From contig JAQTTP010000003.1 in the NCBI GenBank assembly GCA_028710695.1, positions 8,865-72,864 on the forward strand: a stretch of DNA of 64,000 nt, read 5' to 3'. The DNA comes from Candidatus Iainarchaeum sp. Lineage in GTDB: Archaea; Iainarchaeota; Iainarchaeia; Iainarchaeales; 0-14-0-20-30-16. Of the stretch, positions 57,201 through 64,000 are shown in pieces (within the stretch, counting starts at the first letter, position 1; every line of letters starts with the position of its first letter). The notes under the pieces are model-generated. The model saw only the letters and a list, made by a program, of their open reading frames with translations, did not search any database and was not told where the DNA came from. The translations under genes were made by a program, and so were the position numbers.

Positions 57201-59105
57201 GATGTTGTAGATTACCAAGTAGGCTCTGGTGGATATATGTGTAGTGACGGAAACATATATTGTGATGCTACACAGTTTACAATAGAAGTAATAAACAGAT
57301 TAAAAATTGCAAATGGTTTATTGAAATCATTTAGTCCAGATTGTGAATATAGCCAAGCAATTTATAATGACACATTTGATGTTACTGATCAATATGTTGG
57401 TGTAAGTAGTGTTGTTGTTGAAAGACTTGGGAATTCATCAAGTAACTACAATTTAGTTGTGAAAGTACAGAATAATTCCTTGAATAAGCTTTCAGGAAAT
57501 TATATTGTAAAGGTAGTAGATACACAGCAAACAAAAGACCTTTACACATTTAATGGACAATTTGATTTGAGCAAGAAATCTAATGCTTCAGATGATGAAT
57601 TGGTAATAACAAATGAAGTTGAATTGTACTATAGCACATTCAAAGTTGAAGTTCAATTTAACTCTGTAAAGAACGAAGATACTACAGAAAAATTGCCATA
57701 CAATTATGTAATACCTTATAATGGCGAGCAATTTGCTTATGACTCAACAGCACTAATGGGCTTAGAAAAAAGCACAGATAAAATAATAGAGTGGGGCAAT
57801 TGTGCTAAGAAAGAAGGCGCAGCAACAACAATTTGGAATAAGTTGAACTTTGAAGCTTACCTAATGAAGGATGGATTTACAGATGACTTCTTGGCAGACT
57901 TCAAAGAATATGCTGTTAACCAGAAATTCTTAGATGCTCCTGGAGATGCAAAGAAAATAATAAACAACTTGCTTCCAAACAACCTAAAGTTCTTGCCAAA
58001 AGAATCTGCTTTGAATGCTATGGGCTATTCATTGCCGCAAGCAGGATTGTATAAAGTAGAAATTGTTGTGAAATATGGCGATACTCATATGGGCTGGGAT
58101 GTATTTGACAGCGATGGAAAAATAATTGAAGATGTAAACTCCATTGCAGTTTATTTAGAGCCAGTAAAGTTTAGTGATAATCCACTATACTATTTGCCAT
58201 TGGATGCAACTGTTGGTGTTGAGAATTATGAACTTAAGAGAATTGGATATGGTCTTGACTTTGGCGGAGACACTTTATGGTTCAACAAAGAAAGTGAAGA
58301 TAATCCAACTTTGATACCAACATTGGTTTCTAAGTCTAATCCACAAGTTCATGTTGAAACTGTTTCAAAGCAAGATATGGAAACTCTGAACACTTATAAA
58401 GGATTAGTTCTAAAGGTTGTTCCAACAGGAACAGTTGGAGACACAGTAGAAAGAACAATATATTATTATCCATCAGTTCCAGCACCAGTAGCAATGTATA
58501 TTAGTAAAGAATCAGATGGCCCAGCATATGGATCTTATTTGATTTCAAGAGCAAACAAGGGACCTGTAAACTCAGGAAACTCCTTGATGAACTGGTATGG
58601 ATTCTGTAACAAAGGAACTGAGATGTATGCTCCAGAAACAGATACAGAAAAGAAATATGCTTGTAAAGGATTCTCTGGCGAAGATATAATTGATCTTCAA
58701 GGATATCCTGATAAAGCAGGAACAAAGATAGACATACCTTTGGGAGAATTTAAAGCAAATGCTTATGGAATGTTCTTTGATGAGGATAGCTTGTTGAGAA
58801 CTCCAGAAACAAGCAAGGTATTCTTCAGAGGAATTATTTACCTAACACCGAACGAAACATCAACTTTCAAGAAGATAACTGCAAGTGATGAAATGAAGAT
58901 ATTATATCCTGAAGGAGCAAGCGATGAATTCACACTTGAGCCTTTGAATAAGGATGTATCTACAGTTCAAAGCATTTACGACTTGGTTGGAGATGGGTAT
59001 ATGTGTGTAACTAATCCACAAGGCGGTGCAGGAGTAGAATTCTGGTGGAACCCTAAGGCTGTATTTGATACCTTGGAGTCCGGAGACGCGGAAGGTAGTA
59101 GTTAA
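51294..59105 (+). CDS. Giant N-terminally anchored surface protein, paralog 2 (2603 aa)
   Basis: Uninterrupted 7.8-kb ORF. Starts MGLREFYYKMEEKYY followed by a TM helix. Collinear similarity to paralog 1. Contains internal glycine-zipper segments and a GY-rich segment. Confidence 0.85.
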   Translation: MGLREFYYKMEEKYYAFLDSLDKKGIPVYSVVDPIDKVVPSFVLFLVLFGIIIIAIIYALIVAFGLPMTNQVTVTFSDKMGTPIPNALVSFSLADSNEEMTTDAFGTIKFEAEPGKEIMFSLKYNDKTYVKSVKIEDDVLQYKVSIDQLNLSKQKLSFSLYTTDNTPLQAVDIYFSCSNSSAEAPDNMMGYSTNDVDVDVDGDCGYLMVSTASEFYKPTDDTQIDNGEAIYLDPVQSSGDSAIVVNVTDTTGAIVTDFEATLSIGIYDGYYSSGYSNETSQVQFANLAAGLYKITVSKSGYTNAVGSVTLEETDVKTLNLQMTKLEGGTQVSIKVMNLASKALQGAEVCFYDINGESYTKIGCATTNESGLATYTLEKDKSHKFTVTKEGYSSIVYTDLAANSDTIEVKLSSVDPSKYRLMKVKVIDSEGKPVENAKVNVYDDKGNIAPYEPGTTDLNGMAYLSFIEDGKYKLFAYKLNYSGFSDLADFDNQDNLATIDYTVSMYIPKGIIAVSVVDSYGSNVPNAVVKFFDASWNEITALGGKHTDGYGQLGVEYRADKKLFFVVQKESYENYISKSEYIIPDTTTEKKVVMEKKKLKPEPKVEFVNLTTEDGTDVSILGAGNKYIAKFKITLPEKEQPFETMSAYFVSGDKDIVEKDGWHIEKVVYSGLGTLSKGRSYTGNYDNDIKGINQVGNEIEQGMPFEDSFKWIGINWDLEKMDLISGIFFVDVYLKVKDTTKIGENLPINFKLSTENKDEKFTDPLNEVPEFPDASKTKLYNESKNKFFTVGTAQQTCDELFCFEINVEDNDEAIIQDMVPDTPYVSELGKNYTLRFKLINNNIKPVTNYRVIIKNEQENTFFTTSNIKGVSGNISPVLNSEVAKQENNYQIVYNEDVYQELQKNDLVIGEINFEPRKIGSGSLKFIVIQDKQEYYSKEFLINVNAYKEMTVTLAPEVLPSYIPLKVDLLAKDKETGELVTGAKIYVKDNSGLVLFMGATDAEGKAVIDLPSQKPNVLLKLLVYKPKYKSFEFEYKTSSEFITLSKEKIDMKIDAKLGFAKESLFLTNTSEVPVKIEDIFLQGNFAEKLSLAQINKYFEVSHKGKMVDKSLKYDLAINLALTELGQNITTNEEYDSILVIKLSAMGGKWEMKVPMHLLLSVGGSVDDRTCLAADLINMKLVSTENKQDKQTLTITNGCTINGKPVSLNNLEAKLEWKTNALGSIQMTKEEYSNNVMQAYFTSLINKLTPSSENTFVVNIEPKSKVSGKGEAILHLRALNNTESGVEYIILDIPLEVDVVNYGECIQFELPNAETDVVATLRDADTSFKVTNTCAEKIEVTFSLKPEDTVQISPDKIWVKANETKEIKVKPTNSAIGVYTVDVFGRTEGHTNEGIRVGINALRVLLQPLTTDCFYLENYEFDMARNPEETKWTTLVNKCVNKQAVVQYDLKIEVDVDGWDYVLGILGGAAGGAVGNKLGGMIGELGGGLLGGLGAGNFGMVMLETKDDCELECLYNYSGEEYTTCVNVCASMGLPETEAPSGTTGTGSGAGASGIGGDVSGTPPANGTGTGTGTGDKPAADKKKFDKGSFKEAITGGLGSAAGSAGVSYLIGSLTGLDPETKKDTTKWSAILGGVGGLAGSWIGGPMGMVLGGLGGAVGNIIGLASNDGDTIETITRTIPTMVEDYMTMNDVLLTEAAQKSMLGGNMAALKAKSIADKAGTVAAEIINATSALSGNVVFESGGTIEIELSKKIERTFNNQNKLVKGIGEQAIEMYPVGFTKSKTGMDNKVESLTLLLNYNRKNLKSLVASQDYSTSGWTTQPNQYMSQMGGYGQSGQYGMQNGGYNGYGYGSSMGYGGYGTGMGYSGMDSYGMPSAFSTIGLQADSDTISYEDAQEDQKVEEMDREKVETSLEPGNVEIINEYSPISMLFTDVADQQKKYNLPIENCFLANGKSGATGPEAKPKVAFTWRWNDVVDYQVGSGGYMCSDGNIYCDATQFTIEVINRLKIANGLLKSFSPDCEYSQAIYNDTFDVTDQYVGVSSVVVERLGNSSSNYNLVVKVQNNSLNKLSGNYIVKVVDTQQTKDLYTFNGQFDLSKKSNASDDELVITNEVELYYSTFKVEVQFNSVKNEDTTEKLPYNYVIPYNGEQFAYDSTALMGLEKSTDKIIEWGNCAKKEGAATTIWNKLNFEAYLMKDGFTDDFLADFKEYAVNQKFLDAPGDAKKIINNLLPNNLKFLPKESALNAMGYSLPQAGLYKVEIVVKYGDTHMGWDVFDSDGKIIEDVNSIAVYLEPVKFSDNPLYYLPLDATVGVENYELKRIGYGLDFGGDTLWFNKESEDNPTLIPTLVSKSNPQVHVETVSKQDMETLNTYKGLVLKVVPTGTVGDTVERTIYYYPSVPAPVAMYISKESDGPAYGSYLISRANKGPVNSGNSLMNWYGFCNKGTEMYAPETDTEKKYACKGFSGEDIIDLQGYPDKAGTKIDIPLGEFKANAYGMFFDEDSLLRTPETSKVFFRGIIYLTPNETSTFKKITASDEMKILYPEGASDEFTLEPLNKDVSTVQSIYDLVGDGYMCVTNPQGGAGVEFWWNPKAVFDTLESGDAEGSS

Positions 59106-59218
59106 TAACTACTCTTTCTTTCTTTTTTATTTTTTTGTGATTTAAATGCCAAGTTTGAATTTATGCTCAAAATCGCAAAAATGTCAAACAGAGACATTAA
59201 AATCAAAAGGTGATTTAA

Positions 59219-59848
59219 ATGCAAACCACATTAGAAGATTTTTTTGAGATTGCATCCAAGCCTACTTGGAGATCACTTCTTCTGGATATTATTAAAAAAA
59301 ATCAAATAGATCTTTGGAAAATTGATGTTTCTTTGATTGCTGAAAAATATCTTAAAGAAATAGAATTCTTAAAAGTAAGTAATTTTGAAATACCTTTGAA
59401 TGGGGTTTTGATTTGTTCTATTTTGCTAAAATATAAAGCAAATAGGCTTGTTTCTTTCTTTGAGCTTGCAAAAGAGATTGAGGAAGAACTTAAAGCAGAA
59501 GAAAAACTGGAAAACTTTGAGGAAATCTCTCAAGAAGAAACTAAGCTTGATAGTTTTGTAGAATCTTTAAAAGGTCTGACAGGCCCTGAAAAGAAAAAGT
59601 ATCCTAAAAAGATACATTATGTGGAGTTAAAAAGGCCACAAAAAGACTTCAAAACGATCTTGCAATACATAGAGGAAGAGGCAAGGAAAATCGAAGGAAA
59701 AACAACGTTTTTTGACTTTAAGCAGAGATTCTCAGATACAAGTCCTGCAGAAGTGTTTTACTCTTTGTTGTTTATACATAAAGAAGAGAAAATCGCCCTT
59801 GTACAGAACGATCAATATGGGGATTTTACTATAAAAGCAGGTAAATAG
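59219..59848 (+). CDS. scpA: Segregation and condensation protein A (kleisin)
   Basis: WRSLLLDIIKKNQIDLWKIDVSLIAEKYL and VLICSILLKYKANRL, with a C-terminal wHTH-like VFYSLLFIHKEEKIALVQNDQYGDFTI. Confidence 0.75.
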   Translation: MQTTLEDFFEIASKPTWRSLLLDIIKKNQIDLWKIDVSLIAEKYLKEIEFLKVSNFEIPLNGVLICSILLKYKANRLVSFFELAKEIEEELKAEEKLENFEEISQEETKLDSFVESLKGLTGPEKKKYPKKIHYVELKRPQKDFKTILQYIEEEARKIEGKTTFFDFKQRFSDTSPAEVFYSLLFIHKEEKIALVQNDQYGDFTIKAGK

Positions 59849-59925
59849 TTCGATTAGATAGAAGGATATGTATATATTCTTTTTCTCTAGAAAGAATATT
59901 ATTGTATTTTTAAGGAGATGTTAAC

Positions 59926-60081
59926 ATGGTAATGAATCCTATAGCAGAAAATAGATATTTAAAGGGAAAATGGGTTTGTATGAACTGTAACGCTACTATG
60001 AGGGGCAGCAAGCAGCCAATAAAATGTAGAAAATGCGGTTTAACCCAAATCAGACAGAAGAAAAAACAAAGAAAGAAGTAG
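59926..60081 (+). CDS. rpl40e: 50S ribosomal protein L40e (51 aa; below the ORF-track size cut-off)
   Basis: MVMNPIAENRYLKGKWVCMNCNATMRGSKQPIKCRKCGLTQIRQKKKQRKK: a CxxC...CxxC zinc ribbon with a basic tail. SD-like GGAG upstream. Confidence 0.8.
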   Translation: MVMNPIAENRYLKGKWVCMNCNATMRGSKQPIKCRKCGLTQIRQKKKQRKK

Positions 60082-60143
60082 AGTTACTATTTTTTCCGAA
60101 GAATTGTCGAGCTTTGGCGAGACTTTTCTTTGGGCAACTTACA

Positions 60144-60164
60144 CTTTCTTTTAATAAAAGAAAG
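60144..60164. terminator. Pyrimidine-arm/purine-arm palindrome between rpl40e and tRNA-Arg
   Basis: CTTTCTTTT-AAT-AAAAGAAAG, 6 nt before the tRNA 5' end. Confidence 0.45.
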
Positions 60165-60170
60165 GGCAGT

Positions 60171-60244
60171 GACCTTGTAGCCTAATCGGATAAGGCACCA
60201 GCCTTCTAAGCTGGGGATTGTGGGTTCGAGTCCCACCGAGGTCG
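60171..60244 (+). tRNA. tRNA-Arg (anticodon UCU)
   Basis: GACCTTG-TA-GCCT-AATCGGATA-AGGC-A-CCAGC-CTTCTAA-GCTGG-GGATT-GTGGG-TTCGAGT-CCCAC-CGAGGTC-G. The acceptor has 7 bp, including one G-U. Confidence 0.85.
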
Positions 60245-60249
60245 TTCCA

Positions 60250-60274
60250 AGCTTTTCTTTGATAAAGAAAAGCT
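60250..60274. terminator. Pyrimidine-arm/purine-arm palindrome after tRNA-Arg
   Basis: AGCTTTTCTTT-GAT-AAAGAAAAGCT (11-bp stem), 6 nt after the tRNA. Confidence 0.5.
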
Positions 60275-60339
60275 CCGGTCCATCAAAAGAAACCCCTGCG
60301 GGCGCAAATTGGCTTTTTGCATTTTTTCTAAAAATACCG

Positions 60340-60353
60340 GAGTCCCACCGAGG
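60340..60353 (+). repeat. Direct repeat of the tRNA-Arg 3' end (att-like)
   Basis: GAGTCCCACCGAGG is identical to tRNA positions 60228-60241, 112 nt upstream. Confidence 0.6.
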
Positions 60354-60355
60354 AT

Positions 60356-61081
60356 CTAAAGAATTTGTTCTATAATTGAACCCATTCTTTTGATTAACTC
60401 TTCTTTTATTTTCTGAGTGGTGGGATAATTATTTATTATTTCTTCAAGTAGAGCTAGAATCCGTTTTTCTCCAAAATATTCATAATGATTGTATAAAATG
60501 CACATATAATCTTCTCTAAATGCTCTAAATATGTTTGCTGGGTCAGACCAATCAATCTGTTTTCTTTTTGCAAGAGAAAAATCAATAAAATAAACTTTTC
60601 CATCTTTGTATGTTGCATTCTGGAAATGCGGGTGTCCATGTTCTACGCCCAAAGCATGCATTTTTCCTAATTCTCTAAAAAAAGCAGGGAATATGTGTGG
60701 GTTAGATGGGTCTTCTAAGACACTTTGTGTAATACTTTTGCCCATATCCATAAAGGCCATAGGGTGGTGCCCATTTTCTGGAACCTCAAATCTAAAAGGC
60801 TCTTCAACATTTACCCCAGAATTATGTAAATATTTAACAATATCAAGCTCGTGTTTTGAAACATTTCGAAGGTAAACTTTTTTTCCGCTTTTTGTTATAG
60901 CAACACGAGTACATTTTGCAAGTAGTTTCATATGCCGATCTCTTAATTCTGGGTTACCGTGTCTAACTGCTAGCATTGCTGATGCTTTTATAGCTGTATC
61001 TGTGGAATAAATAGATATTTCTTTTGGTTCTAGTCTTGTTACTTCTGGCCTTTCATAGGGCCGTTTTATTGGCTTTCTCAT
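60356..61081 (-). CDS. Kinase-fold protein, paralog of 24976-25674 with a degenerate catalytic loop
   Basis: LGVEHGHPHFQNATY replaces the HxDLHxxN loop, while YFIDFSLA is retained. The N-terminus IKRPYERPEV parallels VKKPYTKPSV of the paralog. Confidence 0.5.
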   Translation of the reverse strand: MRKPIKRPYERPEVTRLEPKEISIYSTDTAIKASAMLAVRHGNPELRDRHMKLLAKCTRVAITKSGKKVYLRNVSKHELDIVKYLHNSGVNVEEPFRFEVPENGHHPMAFMDMGKSITQSVLEDPSNPHIFPAFFRELGKMHALGVEHGHPHFQNATYKDGKVYFIDFSLAKRKQIDWSDPANIFRAFREDYMCILYNHYEYFGEKRILALLEEIINNYPTTQKIKEELIKRMGSIIEQIL

Positions 61082-61243
61082 AATATATAATCAGTTAAGA
61101 AAAATATATACTTTGTGGCTTTTGTGGTCACAGAAACTCTAATTATTTTACACTTGTTTTAGAACCTTGGTTTCTGGGGGCCAAAAGATAAGCTTTTTAA
61201 TACCTATAATTATATATATACAGCGATTATCTCTGGTGTTTTT

Positions 61244-64000
61244 ATGGGCTTAAGGGACTTTTATTTTGGTTTAGAAGATAAATACTATAAAATGATCGAT
61301 AAACTTGATACTATTTTTCCTGCACATGCGATTGTGGATAGAATAGATAAAGTAATGCCTTCAATGATCCTGTTCTTTATTTTATTTGTAGTTATAATTG
61401 TTCTAATAATTTGGGCTGTAATTCCGTCCTATGCTCAAATAAATGTTTCTTTCTTTAATGATGGCTTGAGTTTGAAGGAAAAAATCCCTTTTAGTATGTA
61501 TATTGGGGATGAAAACTACTCCTTTGTTTCTGACGGAGGGTCAGCAATAGTAAAAATACCAAAAAGTGATCTGTATAGAATAAAAGTTGATACTTCTAAG
61601 TATTCAATAGACAAAGATTACTCTTTTAGTGATGAAATAAAAGTTTTATTAGATAAAAAGAAAAAAAATATTCCAATACAAATTTATTTTAAATCTGGAT
61701 ATTCTGATGTAGAATCCGCAAGCGCAATATTTGATTGTGATAATATTTCAATACCGGATTCTGAAGCAAGTAAAGAAACAAATAATGGATATATTGAGAT
61801 AACTGTGCCAGAAGATTGTGGAATTTTGAATATTTCTGCAAGTGCAGAAGGTTATAATTCTAAGAATGATGTTTGTGATTCAACTTCTTGTGTAATTAAT
61901 TTTGAAAGTGCTACAAGCGTTAGTGATAATGGAAAAACAAATATTCCGACTGCAAATATAGTTGTAAAAATTGCAGATAATTTGGGCTCAAAAGATGGAC
62001 AGGTAACTATTTATGATTCTTCTGATTTGATAAACCCTGTTGAAACAGGATATTCTTTAAACGGGTATTATAACTCTAAAGCTTTGGCTGTTGGGGGCTA
62101 TAAAGTTGCTGTTAATGTTGGAACTTATTTGCCACAAACAAAAACAATAGTTTTGACTGAAGCAGGAATGAATGTTGATTTCATGGTTATGAAAAACACA
62201 TTAGGAAATGTATTATTAAAAGTTGATGAAGAAACAGAATTTTCATATAAGTTGAAAGATTTAAATAATAATATATTGGATTCTGGAAATAGTGACAAAG
62301 AAGTTGCATTCCTTCCTGTATTTGAGTACGGAAAATACCTGATTGATTTGACTCCAGATAGTAATGAATTTGGAGTAATCTCAAATGAGCAAGTTGAATT
62401 TAAAGAAGGCACTTCAGAAATTACCTTGGATTTGAAAGAGATAACTTCTTTTAACGCTGTTTTAGTTAAATTGCATGTAATTGATGAATCAGAATCTCCA
62501 ATACAAGGCGCAAAAGCATTTGTGCAAGATTTGTTTAGCGGATTTGAAGTGTTTAGTTATAACTTCCCAGAAACTGATGAAAATGGAGACACTCAACTTC
62601 CCATTACTGAAGAAGGGGCTTACTCTTTTAGAGTTTACAAAGGTTATTCAGAAGGAATGAGCGAGCAAGTAACAATTACTTTTGAGCCAGGAACTGAAAT
62701 GCCAGAAGAAGAGTTGGATGTTGTAATTTATTTGGGAAATGGAAGTTTTAATATAACTGTTTTGGATGAATTAGATTATGTTGTGCCATTTGCACAAATT
62801 GATTTTTATACAAAAGGACTGACAAAAAAATCAGGAACAAAATTAACTGATAATGCTGGAAAATTATTATTTTCATTAAAAGCAGGAACAGAAAAATTCT
62901 TTGTGGCATCTAAAGAAGGCTATATGCCATTCTATAGTGAAGCAAGGTTTTTAACTCCTGCAAATATTTGGGATATAAATGCAAATTTAGAACCACAAAA
63001 ACTAAAAGAGGATGATGAAAAAGCAAGAGTTGAATACTTGGGTGTATTTGATGCTCTTGGCGGAGAACCAACTAATTTCGAAGTTGATAAAGCAGTATAT
63101 TTGGGTTATGATATCCACCTTTACACTGATGTGGATGAAATGAACTTCGAATATACTACTGGAAAAGAAACAACAACTGTAGAACAAGATTCTTTATTTA
63201 TTTTTGATAGTAGTTCTTCATCACAAGTGGATTCAATGTATGAAGATCTGGAAAAAACAATTTACACTGAGGATAAAGGAAAAATATTAACTGCAAAATG
63301 GACTACTGGATTGGATTCTGCAAAAGTGGAAAAAGGAATTTATAGGATCTATGTGAAAGTAATGGTTAGAAATGATAGCTCAGTATCTTTGTACGAACCA
63401 TTGAATATAAAATGGAAATTATATTTGGATGAAAAGTTAAATTCAAGCGAAGAAAAAGAATATTTCTTAGGAAGTAGTTTGGATTGTAGTGATATGTTTT
63501 GTGCAAAAACATCTTTATTGGACATTGAAAACCAAATCTATGTTGAAAATATTGGAAATGTAAATAAAAATGAACAAAAATATCCTTTAGTAATTGGAAA
63601 GAAGTATAAAACTGAATTCACCTTAATGAACGGAATAACTGCAAGCGATGGAGAAATTGAAAATGGATACTTGAAAGCACACACAGCAACAAGTTCAGAT
63701 ACAAGTTTCATGGCTGTTGAAAATGATGTTGATAAATATAATTTCTATCAATTTTCAAATATATCTTTGAGTGGACCAAACAGCGAGAGCCAATATTATG
63801 GCGCCGCAAAAACAATTTTAGTAGATAAATATAATTTCACAAAATTCTTTGCAAATAAAACAATTTCTGGAAGCTTTAATTTAATTCCAACTTATGATAA
63901 TGGGAATTACATTAACTTTTGGGTTATAGATTCTGATAAACAAGTTCCAGTAAGGGGGGCTCCAGCATTTAATTATTGGTTTGTGCCTGATGCACCACAC
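61244..64000 (+). CDS. Giant surface protein, paralog 3 (partial; open to the window edge, at least 919 aa)
   Basis: I translated the frame by hand from ATG 61244 and found no stop through nt 64000 (2757 nt, exactly 919 codons). Starts MGLRDFYFGLEDKYY followed by a TM helix. It is absent from the ORF track, presumably because no stop is reached. Confidence 0.8.
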   Translation, partial: MGLRDFYFGLEDKYYKMIDKLDTIFPAHAIVDRIDKVMPSMILFFILFVVIIVLIIWAVIPSYAQINVSFFNDGLSLKEKIPFSMYIGDENYSFVSDGGSAIVKIPKSDLYRIKVDTSKYSIDKDYSFSDEIKVLLDKKKKNIPIQIYFKSGYSDVESASAIFDCDNISIPDSEASKETNNGYIEITVPEDCGILNISASAEGYNSKNDVCDSTSCVINFESATSVSDNGKTNIPTANIVVKIADNLGSKDGQVTIYDSSDLINPVETGYSLNGYYNSKALAVGGYKVAVNVGTYLPQTKTIVLTEAGMNVDFMVMKNTLGNVLLKVDEETEFSYKLKDLNNNILDSGNSDKEVAFLPVFEYGKYLIDLTPDSNEFGVISNEQVEFKEGTSEITLDLKEITSFNAVLVKLHVIDESESPIQGAKAFVQDLFSGFEVFSYNFPETDENGDTQLPITEEGAYSFRVYKGYSEGMSEQVTITFEPGTEMPEEELDVVIYLGNGSFNITVLDELDYVVPFAQIDFYTKGLTKKSGTKLTDNAGKLLFSLKAGTEKFFVASKEGYMPFYSEARFLTPANIWDINANLEPQKLKEDDEKARVEYLGVFDALGGEPTNFEVDKAVYLGYDIHLYTDVDEMNFEYTTGKETTTVEQDSLFIFDSSSSSQVDSMYEDLEKTIYTEDKGKILTAKWTTGLDSAKVEKGIYRIYVKVMVRNDSSVSLYEPLNIKWKLYLDEKLNSSEEKEYFLGSSLDCSDMFCAKTSLLDIENQIYVENIGNVNKNEQKYPLVIGKKYKTEFTLMNGITASDGEIENGYLKAHTATSSDTSFMAVENDVDKYNFYQFSNISLSGPNSESQYYGAAKTILVDKYNFTKFFANKTISGSFNLIPTYDNGNYINFWVIDSDKQVPVRGAPAFNYWFVPDAPH

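Noticed and set aside
60228-64000. An intact integrated mobile element or provirus at tRNA-Arg.
   Set aside because: No integrase, transposase, capsid or replication gene is recognisable in the window. Only the 14-nt tRNA-end duplication supports a past integration event.

Overview
AT-rich archaeal sequence (about one third GC by eye) with a split rpoB, aEF-2/aEF-1alpha and eukaryote-type ribosomal proteins. Gene content and compactness suggest a small-genome, possibly DPANN-type archaeon; this taxonomic placement is inference. Nt 1-11.8 kb hold the conserved RNA polymerase / ribosomal protein / elongation factor operon (rpoB''-rpoB'-rpoA'-rpoA''-L30e-S12-S7-EF2-EF1a-S10), without the nusA usually found between L30e and S12. 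Nt 11.9-41.9 kb are tightly packed housekeeping genes on both strands: Taw1, Trm1, TsaC, RtcB, RNase HII, an AsnB-Dph6 fusion, LemA/HtpX, a U32 peptidase and others. Interspersed are a VapBC-like pair, a canonical C/D box sRNA missed by ORF logic, tRNA-Gln(UUG), tRNA-Ile(UAU), and several lineage-specific ORFs. Two of those ORFs have broken reading frames. From 41.9 kb to the window edge the sequence is dominated by one cluster. It has a Cys-rich protein with a prepilin-like signal and three paralogous giant N-terminally anchored surface proteins (2570 aa, 2603 aa, and at least 919 aa running off the window). scpA, rpl40e, tRNA-Arg(UCU) and a kinase-fold gene interrupt the cluster. I consider this cluster the best candidate for an undescribed system. 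No CRISPR array, rRNA, integrase or transposase was recognised. Many GTG/TTG starts in the ORF track are artefacts: a GTGAT Shine-Dalgarno motif sits in frame 3-6 nt upstream of the real ATG, and I moved those starts accordingly.
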